A DNA stretch of 64,000 bases from positions 1 to 64,000 of IMG/VR virus record IMGVR_UViG_3300020180_000015. One strand, written 5' to 3'. The notes beneath the pieces were generated by a model that was given only the letters and a program-made list of their open reading frames with translations, searched no databases and was not told the origin of the DNA. Source of the stretch: a virus. This document shows, one piece after another, positions 8,395-18,172 of the stretch. The translations under genes were made by a program, and so were the position numbers. Every line of letters begins with the position of its first letter. The stretch's first letter is position 1.

Positions 8395-8658
8395 TTAGCC
8401 GCTGTAGAGTGTGACGCGATAGACTGTAATATTGGGGCCGCATATTTCGCCATCCATCATGACCTGATAAACCCCGAAGCGCCCGTTTTGATAGTCCTTT
8501 AGGAGTCTCCCGACATACGACATATTCCGCCGGGATTCCTCTGGATCGGGCGTATGTTCCGTTGACGACACTATAACGCCGTCGGTGACAATCACCTCGT
8601 AGTATTTGTTGGCGAACTTGCCGTTGATGCTTGCATCTATAAAATCTTCACGCTTCAT
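8395..8658 (-). CDS. Hypothetical protein
   Basis: AAGGAG RBS, in operon order. Confidence 0.65.
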   Translation of the reverse strand: MKREDFIDASINGKFANKYYEVIVTDGVIVSSTEHTPDPEESRRNMSYVGRLLKDYQNGRFGVYQVMMDGEICGPNITVYRVTLYSG

Positions 8659-8694
8659 GGTTTTCTCCTTATCCGCTGTAGAGTGTCACAGCGG

Positions 8695-9039
8695 CTACTC
8701 GTCTTGGGCGGGTTGCTCAACCGCTTGGCGGCGCATATATCGGCGATACAGACGCTTGCCGCGTCGCTTCCTTAGGTCAAAAATGATGTAGGCATCGCGG
8801 ATAAAGTCGATGCCATCCATCACAGTCGGTACACGTTCGCCGAAGGATGTGCGGATAAAGTCGGCATTTTTCTCGGCATGGAGTGCCAGATCGATCCACG
8901 ACTCACCTTGTGCTTCCGGCGGCATCAGCGTCGCGTTCTTTCGCTCATGCTCAAGTACCCGTGCAATGTGCCGATGCCATGCCCCTTTCGTGGCAAAGTA
9001 GCATCGGATCGCTTGTTTATCTTCGTTATTCATCCCCAA
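8695..9039 (-). CDS. Hypothetical protein
   Basis: GGAGG RBS, overlaps upstream gene. Confidence 0.6.
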   Translation of the reverse strand: MGMNNEDKQAIRCYFATKGAWHRHIARVLEHERKNATLMPPEAQGESWIDLALHAEKNADFIRTSFGERVPTVMDGIDFIRDAYIIFDLRKRRGKRLYRRYMRRQAVEQPAQDE

Positions 9040-9596
9040 CCTCCCCCATTTCTGACCGAACGCGGATGTGAGCGCTCGACGGCGTATACGTCGTTCAACA
9101 CGAAACAGTGCAGGGTCGGCGAGTCGGTCGCTTCAAACAGCGATCCCGCGAAATGATCCATGTACCACTCCCCGTACTCTTTGCCCCGCTTCCGCAAAAC
9201 CCAGAGCGCACCGCCGACCTCGATCACGTCATACGACTGCAATCCCCGTCCCATCACGGTCGCGCACTGCCGGATGCCGGTCATGTGCCAGCGAGAGTCT
9301 TTCGCGCCGAGGTAGCGCGGCGCCCACCGGATCGTGATCGGCAGTGCCTCGCGCAGTTCGCGCCGACCTATTTCGCCGTTCCAGTCGATCTTGCCGATCA
9401 ATGCTTCAATGCCGCTTAACCCGAAGCTATTCCGGATGCCGACCAACTCCTCGACGGGGGTCTGTACGTGAAGCTGATACCGCTCCAAGTGGCTGCTGTC
9501 CCGGCGCGTGATCGCAGTCAACATGCCGCTGACTAACGTGCCGCTGGGTCTGTCTAAATCGATGTTTTGGTCTTTCGTGATAATTGCCGCATCCAT
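9030..9596 (-). CDS. Hypothetical protein
   Basis: Start ATG 9596 with GGAG RBS, downstream of promoter ~9628-9655. Confidence 0.65.
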   Translation of the reverse strand: MDAAIITKDQNIDLDRPSGTLVSGMLTAITRRDSSHLERYQLHVQTPVEELVGIRNSFGLSGIEALIGKIDWNGEIGRRELREALPITIRWAPRYLGAKDSRWHMTGIRQCATVMGRGLQSYDVIEVGGALWVLRKRGKEYGEWYMDHFAGSLFEATDSPTLHCFVLNDVYAVERSHPRSVRNGGGWG

Positions 9597-9627
9597 GCGA
9601 ACTGCTCCCTTGCCCAATATACTCATA

Positions 9628-9655
9628 ATTTTAACACTAAAGAGTATGAAGTCAA
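9628..9655 (-). promoter_or_regulatory. Sigma70 promoter with overlapping 25-bp operator
   Basis: TTGACT-N16-TAAAAT with TGn; contains CATACTCTTT-N5-TAAAATTATG. Confidence 0.7.
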
Positions 9656-9668
9656 GCAACTGCCCATC

Positions 9669-11618
9669 TCACTCGATATGGGCTTGGATTTGTTCGGATA
9701 CAAGAAACCGCATCGTTTCGGAGTCGATTTTGGTACGCACCTTGGGGAAATCTAGCACCAGTGAGTCTTTAAGCGCACCGCCACGCACAAAAACGACGAT
9801 TTGCTCATCTCCCGGCATTTGTTCTAATCGTGCGATCACCCTTCGCAATCGATCCCGATCCTGTTCGGGGTATCCTGTGCGCTCCATGTCCAGCACCCAC
9901 TGCCGCTGCGACGCCGGCTTTGCGAGTTCGGCGATGAGCCGCCGCATTGCCGTGCTGTGCGCTATGATGGCGGACGCTTGCCCTTTTGTGAGGTTCTTGG
10001 CATTAGTGACGCCGAGTCGCCCTAAGCGCGTAATTTGCGCCTCTGACACCTTCGAGTCGCGCCAACGTGCATCCTTCGAGATCGGGCTGCCGCCGGATCG
10101 CCGTGCAGCCGCGTCGCCGCGCTGGACGAGAGTTGCAGCAGCGGCGTCTCGATCCATAAACACGACGGGCTTTTTGGGGCTATCCGGCACGCGATACAGG
10201 CGGTAATACTCGTCGGATTCCGGCGGCAGGATCACAACTGCTCCATCTCCGAATGCCAACATGCAAGACATCGATCCGTCATCTGCCGAGTACCATGCAG
10301 CAAAAGCATCGGCGAACAGCGGGTTGTAAGTCGAGGTGACGAGTTCCCCGCCTGTGTACTCCTCGTTCTGTTTCTTATCACCGAAGCCGCCGCCAGCGCC
10401 GCGAGGTCGGGGAGCGCCGCACAGCGAACACTTGTCGAGGAAGGCGTAGTATTCCGCCATGCACTTGGGGCAGGTGATCATCTTCCCCGCCAGCGTGCCG
10501 AAGTCGAGCATCTTGGTATCCTGCACCGCCATGTCGATCACGAGACACTGCGTCTTGCCGGGGAACAGCCGAACACCGCGACCGATGATCTGCGTGAGCA
10601 GAGTCCGGCTGCGCGTCGGGCGACCTAGAAAGATCACATCGGTGAGCGGTGCATCGAAACCCTCGGTAAGAACAGCAAAGTTTGACACGACCCGCAAGTC
10701 GCCATTGGAATACCGTTTCAAGATCGCGGCACGTTCCGGCTTCGGGGTCTCGCCGTCGATGTGGGCTGCCGCTATCCCCACCCCATTCAAGCCATCGGCC
10801 AACTGTCGACTCATAGTGATGGTCGGCATAAACGCTAAGGTCGAGCGTTCCGGCGAGACGTGATCGTGAAATGCTTTCAAGCACAGTTCTAGCCAGTTCT
10901 CTGCCTCAAGCGCCGAGACGAGTTTTGACTGGTCGTAATCGCCGCGCTGTGTTTTGATACTGTTGACATCGACCCGCGTTGCTACCCGAATGCGTGTGAT
11001 CGGCGCTAAGTGTCCTGCCATCACCGCATCGGCGATCATTAGTTCGTAGCAGATGGATGACCACAGTGACTCCAACGCATGTCGGTCACCGCGCTTCGGC
11101 GTGGCTGATAATCCAAAGCGTTTTAAACTAGGGTTTGCTGTTTCGAGAGTCTTTACGATGTCCCCGTAAGTATTTCCGCCGTAACTGTGATGCATCTCGT
11201 CTATAACGATAACATCAAACGCGCCGTGTTTCAGCAGTTTCTCCAGTCGCCGGCGATGCAGACTCTGGCGCGTGGCGACGACGATCCGTGCGTCACCGGC
11301 ATCCAGATCGCCCATCACCAGTCCGATTCCGGGCTTCATAAAACCAAAGTAATCGTCGAGCGCACCGCCAAATTGATTGGCGATGCGCTCGTATAACTGG
11401 TAGATGATCTCCGCCGTGTGCGCAATAACCAATGCCCGCTGCTGGTGCGGATTGACCATCTCGACCAGCGCCTGCGCGATGACCGTCGTCTTTCCTAAGC
11501 CCGTCGCCATCGCACAAATCGGTTTCTCCCCCTTGTCACAGGCGGCGCGGATCGCTGCGACCGCATCCTGTTGATACGGTCGCAGTACCTGCGGGATAGA
11601 CTGGCGTTCGGCGGACAC
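9669..11618 (-). CDS. SF2 DEAD/DEAH-box helicase (Irc3/RadD-like) with Zn ribbon and DnaE-CTD-like tail
   Basis: LRPYQ, ATGLGKT, DEMHH, SATP, LTEGFD, QIIGRGVR; CPKC..CSLC. Confidence 0.9.
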   Translation of the reverse strand: MSAERQSIPQVLRPYQQDAVAAIRAACDKGEKPICAMATGLGKTTVIAQALVEMVNPHQQRALVIAHTAEIIYQLYERIANQFGGALDDYFGFMKPGIGLVMGDLDAGDARIVVATRQSLHRRRLEKLLKHGAFDVIVIDEMHHSYGGNTYGDIVKTLETANPSLKRFGLSATPKRGDRHALESLWSSICYELMIADAVMAGHLAPITRIRVATRVDVNSIKTQRGDYDQSKLVSALEAENWLELCLKAFHDHVSPERSTLAFMPTITMSRQLADGLNGVGIAAAHIDGETPKPERAAILKRYSNGDLRVVSNFAVLTEGFDAPLTDVIFLGRPTRSRTLLTQIIGRGVRLFPGKTQCLVIDMAVQDTKMLDFGTLAGKMITCPKCMAEYYAFLDKCSLCGAPRPRGAGGGFGDKKQNEEYTGGELVTSTYNPLFADAFAAWYSADDGSMSCMLAFGDGAVVILPPESDEYYRLYRVPDSPKKPVVFMDRDAAAATLVQRGDAAARRSGGSPISKDARWRDSKVSEAQITRLGRLGVTNAKNLTKGQASAIIAHSTAMRRLIAELAKPASQRQWVLDMERTGYPEQDRDRLRRVIARLEQMPGDEQIVVFVRGGALKDSLVLDFPKVRTKIDSETMRFLVSEQIQAHIE

Positions 11619-11620
11619 GG

Positions 11621-12751
11621 TTAGCGGTTTACCGCCATCGGCATAATGACGGCAGTGTAATCGTTCTGTCCTTCCTGTCGAACGACCAGCGGATGCGCCG
11701 CGCCGTTCGTCTCAAGAATGACCCGCTCCGTGCCGAGTACCTCAATGGCATCCATCAGGTACGCCGATCCGTATTTGGCGTACAGTTCCTCTCCTTCGAC
11801 TGCCGCATCCATCGTGCTTTCGCAGTCGCCGCGTTCGGCGGACACACCACGCACCAGTATATCGCCCGGATGGGTTGGGTTGGCTGGGGGGGATACGGTG
11901 ATGAGTACTGCACCGTTGGAATCCCGCCCGAAGATCGCCGCACGCTTCGTAACCGCTAGCAGGTCGGCGACATAAACTGTCGCCCGTGTTGACCACGATG
12001 TCGGGAAAATCGCGTCAAGGTCGGGGAATTTGCCGGACAAAAGTTGGGAGCGGATCAGCGTCGATCCGAAGGAGAACGATGCATAATCCCGCGTCAGATG
12101 AATGGTCACCTCCGCGTCAAAGCACAGCCGTGCAGTTTGCGCGAGTGCGGGTCCCGGAATGATAAAGTCGTCGCCGTCTTTGAGGACGTGTTCAGTTCCT
12201 GCCCCAAAGACGCGAATGGCGGCGCGGTATCCGTCCGCCGAAAGCCAACGAAGCTGACCATTTTTCATCTGGATACAAAGTCCGGTCAGGATGGGGCGCG
12301 ACTCCTCGCGGGAAACCGAATACATCACCTGATCGACAGCTTGTTTGAAGTCCTTCCCGCTCATCTTGAGCGACCATTCATCTGTTGCGTCGAGCAGCGG
12401 CGGAAACTCTGATGCGGCGATCCCTTTCAGATTCGATGTACTCGCGCCACAGCGCAGGTTCACAGTTTGCGTTGGGGCGTCTAAGGTCAGATCGATACGA
12501 TCTGGAGGGAAATTGTTTATCAGTTCCTGCAGCGTTTTCGCTGGCAGGGTGATCGCGCCGGGACGATCTACCTTCGCGCCGATGTAGGTGGTGATGCTCA
12601 TCTCGATAGTGGTAGCGGCGATCTTCAAACGCGCATCCTCTGTTTGAATGAGGATGTTCGCCAAGATGGGCAGCGTGGGACGGTTCAAAACTGCCTTGAT
12701 GACGGTGGTAATGGCGCGTTGCAGTTGATCTTGTAGGACTGATACTCGCAT
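11621..12751 (-). CDS. dnaN: DNA polymerase III beta sliding clamp
   Basis: 376 aa; RPTLPILANILI, SREESRPILTG, ADGYR, GKFPD, C-terminal VIMPM. Confidence 0.95.
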   Translation of the reverse strand: MRVSVLQDQLQRAITTVIKAVLNRPTLPILANILIQTEDARLKIAATTIEMSITTYIGAKVDRPGAITLPAKTLQELINNFPPDRIDLTLDAPTQTVNLRCGASTSNLKGIAASEFPPLLDATDEWSLKMSGKDFKQAVDQVMYSVSREESRPILTGLCIQMKNGQLRWLSADGYRAAIRVFGAGTEHVLKDGDDFIIPGPALAQTARLCFDAEVTIHLTRDYASFSFGSTLIRSQLLSGKFPDLDAIFPTSWSTRATVYVADLLAVTKRAAIFGRDSNGAVLITVSPPANPTHPGDILVRGVSAERGDCESTMDAAVEGEELYAKYGSAYLMDAIEVLGTERVILETNGAAHPLVVRQEGQNDYTAVIMPMAVNR

Positions 12752-12857
12752 CGTGTTCTCCGTGAATTTAGCCCGTTGTCGGACGGGTGCGGATTATGTG
12801 CCGCAAAGGGTGAAATTGACGCAACGGCGGCGTCTGCCAACGCCGCCGTTGGGGTTT

Positions 12858-13760
12858 CTAATAAAGTGTTTCGCCGCGCACGACCTCGGTGATCATGTCA
12901 ACGATTGCAGCCGCCAAGCGATCCGCCGGAGTCTCGCTGGGGAGACCAAGGATCGCTCCCGAATTGCGGGCGACCTCCGTTTCACAGCGGGCATTCTCAG
13001 TCGCCCATGCATTTTCGACCTGATCGATGGCGTCCGCGATTTTGGCGCGGATCTCGATCCAGTCCCCGTCGATCTCGTGCGATTGCGCCACGATGCAAAC
13101 GGGCATTGACCCCGATCTCCAAAATGCCGAAGCAAGTCGCTTCGGCGCTGGCTTCCAAACGAGGAGTCTAAACCACCAGCAGTTGCGATCAAAGTTGAGC
13201 GGTTTCCCTTCGGTGAAATCCAGATCGGTCGAGCTTGATGTTTTCCGCGCGATGGCAAGGTAGATGCCGCTCGGACTCACCCACTCATTCTCCGATAACG
13301 GATCGATCCCAAAACCCAGCACCCTGCTCAACACCCGCCCAAGGATCGCTCCTTCGTCGGCGTTCTTCTCAGCAGCGGCACGTTCTTCGGCGGCGTTCTC
13401 GTCGGCTTCAATCCTGCGTTTGACTGCCTGTGCGTCGCGGATCGCCTTTTGCCATGCGGCACTTGCGCCGTTCACGCATTCAAAGTTCAGCATGGGTCCC
13501 GCCGTGTACAGTAGCTGATCTATCAGTCCCATCACGTCACCTACGAATATCACCGTCTGATCTGAAAACTTGATTTCGTAATTGTCGTTACCTTGGGTAT
13601 AGCGCCAGATCGCATCCGGCGTCAGCAAAAATCTTTCGAGAGTGGCGCGTGTAAAATAGGCAAACCCATCATCGCCGAGTTGCCCATCGATAACTGCGTC
13701 TCTGTTGAACTCCAACGGCAGTTTGAACTGCGCGGGAGTAAGTTTTGTTGTGATCATCAC
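12858..13760 (-). CDS. Hypothetical protein
   Basis: 300-aa ORF downstream of promoter 13790-13818. Confidence 0.75.
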   Translation of the reverse strand: MMITTKLTPAQFKLPLEFNRDAVIDGQLGDDGFAYFTRATLERFLLTPDAIWRYTQGNDNYEIKFSDQTVIFVGDVMGLIDQLLYTAGPMLNFECVNGASAAWQKAIRDAQAVKRRIEADENAAEERAAAEKNADEGAILGRVLSRVLGFGIDPLSENEWVSPSGIYLAIARKTSSSTDLDFTEGKPLNFDRNCWWFRLLVWKPAPKRLASAFWRSGSMPVCIVAQSHEIDGDWIEIRAKIADAIDQVENAWATENARCETEVARNSGAILGLPSETPADRLAAAIVDMITEVVRGETLY

Positions 13761-13789
13761 AGCTCTAATTCGTATTGTTTATACGAAAG

Positions 13790-13818
13790 ATTATAATCTG
13801 AATGGGGTCAAAAGTCAA
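13790..13818 (-). promoter_or_regulatory. Sigma70 promoter for clamp/helicase operon
   Basis: TTGACT-N17-TATAAT; -10 is the left half of the operator TATAATCTTT. Confidence 0.8.
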
Positions 13819-13822
13819 GCGA

Positions 13823-15289
13823 TCAAAACAGCGACATCTGTTCTTTGCTTACCTTCGGCGGCGGTGATACTCGTTCGGTTTTTGCCCGAAACTGCGGGTC
13901 GTCGTTTAGACGACTAATCCGCGCCATCGTCAGTTTCCGGCAGTGCGGGTTGAGATCGACGCCGATCCAGCGGCGTGTATGCAGTTCGGCGGTCATCGCT
14001 GTCGTGCCGCTGCCCATAAACGGATCAAGCACGATCCCCGGCAGCGTGTCGGCGCAGTCGCACTCACACGCCTTCCTCCACCCCATTGTAGTGATTTCGC
14101 GTACTGCCTTCTCGTGCAGCGGGTCGGCGTAGCTGCCGCTCGTGCGTCCCGTCGCCTGATCGTGCTTCGTTGCCAAACGCGCACGGTGCGGGTTGTTGTC
14201 CTTGTACGGTTCGCGGTTGTTTGCGCCGTCGTTCGCGCCATTCGGCGACTCGTGGTAGCGGCGGGACTGCTTCTCGGTGGTGCGCGTGTAGGGGGTAGCG
14301 CACGCCGCGCACACGAACGGCGGGCAGCTTGAAAGCAGTGCTGGCTCGATCAGCGCACGGGGGTACGGTGCGAAATGGGCAAACCACGACATCTCGCCAC
14401 ATTTGGGGCAAGGGAGCATCTTCATCGCCTTCTCGCCCTGCTCGTTGGTTTCGATCTCGCGCAGGGCTTTGCGCTCCTTGCCGATGTAGAGCGCCGAGCA
14501 TGATCCACAGAAGTCGTAGCAGGATGGAGATGTCGCAACCGTCCAGACGCTGCGCTTGTTCCTGCCGCCCGGATGCAGTCCGAGTTCGCCAGTTTGCAAA
14601 AGATCATCCATATCGGCGTATCCGCCGCGATGGGCTTTCGGCTGTGCCAGCGAGTGCGCGTCCTGCCCATAATCGCCGTTGGTGTACTTGGTTGTACCAC
14701 GTCCGCGCATCTGCCGCTTGATCGAGACTTCCTTGAGCGGCTCTAAAACGGCAACGTAGTCGTACCAGTAGTGGGGTGATTTCGTCAGCATGAACATATA
14801 CTCGTGACTGATCGTTACGCGATCCGTCACCGAAGCCGGCATTGAATTTAATTTATTCCACACGCAGTCGGCGCGTAGATACCAACCATCGTCTTGCAGC
14901 GACAGCGCAACTCGCCAAGGAATACCGAGTAACTGCTTTTGATCAAACCCCTCCGTGTGTTTCCGCCCAAGTGCCTGCGCTTGGGCGGTTTTACCCATTA
15001 CGGTTCGGTGATGATCTGATGTGCCGCGTCCGCCCGCCGAGTACGAGTCGCCGATGTTAAGCCAGCACACCCCGTCGCGGCGAAGCACGCGCCGTACTTC
15101 GCGGAACACGCAGACCAACGACTCCACGTATTCACCCAGCGAGGCATCAATGCCAATCTCCCCTTCTCCGGCGGCATATTGCCGCTGCGAATAGTAAGGC
15201 GGCGAAGTGATGACGCAGTGAACGGATGAGTCCGGCAGCATCGATAAATCGCGTGCGTCGGTGACGTGAACGACGTTGGTTTCGATCAC
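13823..15289 (-). CDS. Beta-class amino (probably N4-cytosine) DNA methyltransferase with Zn-ribbon insertions
   Basis: TSPPY before DPFMGSGTT; HFAPYP; C-terminal EQMSLF. Confidence 0.9.
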   Translation of the reverse strand: MIETNVVHVTDARDLSMLPDSSVHCVITSPPYYSQRQYAAGEGEIGIDASLGEYVESLVCVFREVRRVLRRDGVCWLNIGDSYSAGGRGTSDHHRTVMGKTAQAQALGRKHTEGFDQKQLLGIPWRVALSLQDDGWYLRADCVWNKLNSMPASVTDRVTISHEYMFMLTKSPHYWYDYVAVLEPLKEVSIKRQMRGRGTTKYTNGDYGQDAHSLAQPKAHRGGYADMDDLLQTGELGLHPGGRNKRSVWTVATSPSCYDFCGSCSALYIGKERKALREIETNEQGEKAMKMLPCPKCGEMSWFAHFAPYPRALIEPALLSSCPPFVCAACATPYTRTTEKQSRRYHESPNGANDGANNREPYKDNNPHRARLATKHDQATGRTSGSYADPLHEKAVREITTMGWRKACECDCADTLPGIVLDPFMGSGTTAMTAELHTRRWIGVDLNPHCRKLTMARISRLNDDPQFRAKTERVSPPPKVSKEQMSLF

Positions 15290-16104
15290 GCCAACGCTTC
15301 CAGTTTCAGGCTTAACTGCATCGGCATGTCGGCAGTCACGTCCGTCGGTTCTGTGGTTTCAAGTCGCTGTGCAACTAAATCGGTATGCACAACGTGATAC
15401 CCGAACACCCAATACATACGGTGTGGGTTTTTGCACACCGAACCAAGCGCCGAGCGCAACTGCTCAAACTGATCAAACCCCATCGCCGACAGGTCGCGCC
15501 GACTAATCGCGCCGACCTTTTTTTCCTGAATCGACTCTAGCTGTATAAACCCGACGGTCGGCGTCGTGCTTTTGCCGAGTCGCTCGACAACCGCATACAC
15601 CCGTCCGATCATATACAGATCGTTATCGTTCGTTGAACCGTCATGAAAGAAGAAGGCGCGAACGCCCTTGATCTCGTTCTTCTCGACGTTCCACGCTGGC
15701 GCGTGGTTATTGCGCTGGGGTATCCAGTCGATGGTCTTGCGGCGTCCGGTGTGCGGCGACGCATTAAACAGCCATCGGTGGTTTTTCATCGTTAGCTGCC
15801 CAATGGGGTGATCCCACATCGGGTTTTCCGCGCTACCACTAGGGTCGAGACGCCACACATCGCCGGGATGCTGTAGATCGGCGTCTCGCCAATTAAAATT
15901 GTCGATAAAGTTCTGGAGGTCTTGGTGATCGTCGTCCTCCTCGTTCTTTGTCATAAAAAGGATCCGCCTACCTAGGCGGAGAGCGTAGCAAGGTTCGTGA
16001 AAGACCCCGCCGCTGGGGTCTATGTAGTCTATCGCGTAGCCGGTTGGTGCGACCAGCGAGTCGCCAATCAACAATCGATCCAGTTTGATCATCAGCTGAT
16101 TCAT
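15286..16104 (-). CDS. Protein with ASCH/PUA-like C-terminal domain
   Basis: GRRKT...IQLESIQEKKVGAISRRDLSAMGF...YWVFGY resembles phage ASCH proteins; ends QLSLKL. Confidence 0.5.
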   Translation of the reverse strand: MNQLMIKLDRLLIGDSLVAPTGYAIDYIDPSGGVFHEPCYALRLGRRILFMTKNEEDDDHQDLQNFIDNFNWRDADLQHPGDVWRLDPSGSAENPMWDHPIGQLTMKNHRWLFNASPHTGRRKTIDWIPQRNNHAPAWNVEKNEIKGVRAFFFHDGSTNDNDLYMIGRVYAVVERLGKSTTPTVGFIQLESIQEKKVGAISRRDLSAMGFDQFEQLRSALGSVCKNPHRMYWVFGYHVVHTDLVAQRLETTEPTDVTADMPMQLSLKLEALA

Positions 16105-16208
16105 TTTCGATTTTCTCCACGTACTTTAGTGCGCGGGCAAGTGTTCGGCTTGGTGTTCCGCACATCCTTCGGGCAACCTGCCAGTCGCCGTCAGTTTATA
16201 ATGTTTAC

Positions 16209-16236
16209 AGTATAGAGCCTGTTTCGCAACAGTCAA
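16209..16236 (-). promoter_or_regulatory. Sigma70 promoter
   Basis: TTGACT-N16-TATACT, directly next to 23-bp palindrome 16239-16261. Confidence 0.6.
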
Positions 16237-16721
16237 CCAAATTCGACAATTTGTCGAATTTCATCAATCGCCGCCCTACCCGCCTCAGTCAATTCCCATC
16301 GATCTTCCTCGTATGGAATCTCGACGACCCACCCTTTTCGCTGCCAACTCTGAAGCTGTGCGGAGACCTGTGCGCGTTCGGCAGCGCGTTCCTGAAAAAT
16401 ATCGTCGACCGCCAGCGCCGTGCCGAAGGCGACGGTCACTGCAGTGACCTCGTTATAGCGTTCAAACGCGATCTTCCAGTCGATCTTGCCATCGCGCAGA
16501 TCGCGGTAGGCGTCGACAGCCTTGCCCAGCGCGAACTGGATGCCCCACCCCTCTTTGATTTCCAGATTACGCTTCGAGATCGGAAGTAATCGTATGCACT
16601 CGTTCTGTTCGTGCTTCAGCGCATATAGAAACAGTTGGGTCATACTTTCGCCGGTTGGTTGCTTCGGCATCAAGCGCAGACACTCTTCGCGTACCTTCTT
16701 CGCGTCGGGCGAGAGCGTCAC
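16233..16721 (-). CDS. Hypothetical protein (C-terminal winged-helix-like)
   Basis: LQSWQRKGWVV...WELTEAGR; overlaps DnaB stop. Confidence 0.65.
   Translation of the reverse strand: MTLSPDAKKVREECLRLMPKQPTGESMTQLFLYALKHEQNECIRLLPISKRNLEIKEGWGIQFALGKAVDAYRDLRDGKIDWKIAFERYNEVTAVTVAFGTALAVDDIFQERAAERAQVSAQLQSWQRKGWVVEIPYEEDRWELTEAGRAAIDEIRQIVEFG
16239..16261. repeat. Dispersed 23-bp palindrome (6 copies)
   Basis: AAATTCGACAATTTGTCGAATTT; variants at 24076, 29305, 36967, 46971, 57128. Confidence 0.85.
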
Positions 16722-18172
16722 GGTAGACTCACATTCACGCGACCAAACGGCGTAAATAGGTTGCGCTCCGGCGTGTACTGAAACTCGGCATACTGCCCCT
16801 GCGCGTCGCTGCCGTTCCGGTCGGCAAGGACATGCACTTCCGTAAGCCCCGTCCCGCCAGTGATGCCGTAATAGGCATCGCGGTACAGTCCCATGATCAC
16901 CTGTGCGTTTCGCTGCGCCCCGCTGGACTCCGCCAGATCGCTCAATCGCGGACGCTTGTCGTTGCGTTTATTGGCGTCACCGTTGTACTGGTGTGTGATC
17001 CAGATTGGGATGTTGAAATCGCGGGCGACGTTGATCAGGTCGCGCAGAATGTAACCGACTGCCGCCGGACGATCCTCGGTGCGACTGAGGGATTTGCCGT
17101 TGTCATCGATGTACTGCATCAACCACAATCCGTCGATGATCACCAGATCGAGCGGGATGCGTTGGTGCTGGATCATGGTACGCAGCCGCCGCCGCAGTTG
17201 GATTGGCGTAAGCGCCGGGAACTCATCGATCATGTGGATGCCCCAATTGCCGATACGTCCCATCGCCTCGTTGAAAAGCAACCACTGCTTCGGCGTCAAG
17301 TCAAAGCCCTTAAAGGCGCGTTTGGCGATCCCTGTTTCCATTGCCGTGAAGGACGATACCAGTTCCTGCGCTTGCTGCTCCAGTGTGAAAATAGCGATTC
17401 TTTTGCCTTCTAACGCGAGGTTTCGCGCCGCGCACAGGCAGAATGTCGTCTTGCCCATCTTCGGAGCGCCAGCAATCACGCTCACTTCGCCGGGGACGCT
17501 GACTCGCAGCAGCGCGTCAATATTGGGGTATCCGTAGCCAACGCCGCGCACAACCCCGCCGCCGCGCACCATTTCGGCGGCATCCATGAAACCCTGCACC
17601 GCTGCCGCCATCGACGTATCGGTCATTTTGATCTGCTGATCCGTCGCCGCGAACAGTAATCGGTTCGCTTCGTCGACCGCCGCCTCGATGGTGTAGTATT
17701 TAGAGCGGTCACCAGCGACTCGCTTGATGGCGTCGGTAGCGATGATCATTCGCATCCGCGTCGCCGAGTCCCTGACCATGCGGGCGTAGGCTTCGGCGCT
17801 TTCGGCGCGATCCGCTGTGCTGGCGACTTGCGCCAACCAGAGCGCCGTATTGCCGTCGTACCCCTCCGGAGACGGAAACTTGATCACATCAAGATCATCT
17901 GCAACCGTGATCATGTCAATGGGGTCGCCGCGTCCGGTGATGCGATCAAAACTGTGCCACACATATCCGTAGTACGTCTCGTGGAAATCGCCGGGTTGAA
18001 GGATTTCCGAAACCGAGGCGTAGACTTCCGGGACTTGAAGCACCGCGCTGATCACGGCGCGTTCGGCAGCGTGATTCCAAATATCAATGCGATCCTTGTG
18101 CTGCTGGGAAGCATCCGGCAGTTGCACGATTTTGCCCGTGACCCGTTCACGCTTAATTGTCTGCTGTATCAT
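16718..18172 (-). CDS. dnaB: Replicative DnaB-like helicase
   Basis: N-domain AERAVISAVL, Walker A GAPKMGKT, LVIIDGL, KRPRLSDLAESS, GLYRD. Confidence 0.9.
   Translation of the reverse strand: MIQQTIKRERVTGKIVQLPDASQQHKDRIDIWNHAAERAVISAVLQVPEVYASVSEILQPGDFHETYYGYVWHSFDRITGRGDPIDMITVADDLDVIKFPSPEGYDGNTALWLAQVASTADRAESAEAYARMVRDSATRMRMIIATDAIKRVAGDRSKYYTIEAAVDEANRLLFAATDQQIKMTDTSMAAAVQGFMDAAEMVRGGGVVRGVGYGYPNIDALLRVSVPGEVSVIAGAPKMGKTTFCLCAARNLALEGKRIAIFTLEQQAQELVSSFTAMETGIAKRAFKGFDLTPKQWLLFNEAMGRIGNWGIHMIDEFPALTPIQLRRRLRTMIQHQRIPLDLVIIDGLWLMQYIDDNGKSLSRTEDRPAAVGYILRDLINVARDFNIPIWITHQYNGDANKRNDKRPRLSDLAESSGAQRNAQVIMGLYRDAYYGITGGTGLTEVHVLADRNGSDAQGQYAEFQYTPERNLFTPFGRVNVSLP

Noticed and set aside
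14060-14520. Intein in MTase 13823-15289
   Set aside because: No C/S...HN-C/S/T splice junctions or LAGLIDADG motifs; the insertions are Cys-rich ribbons.
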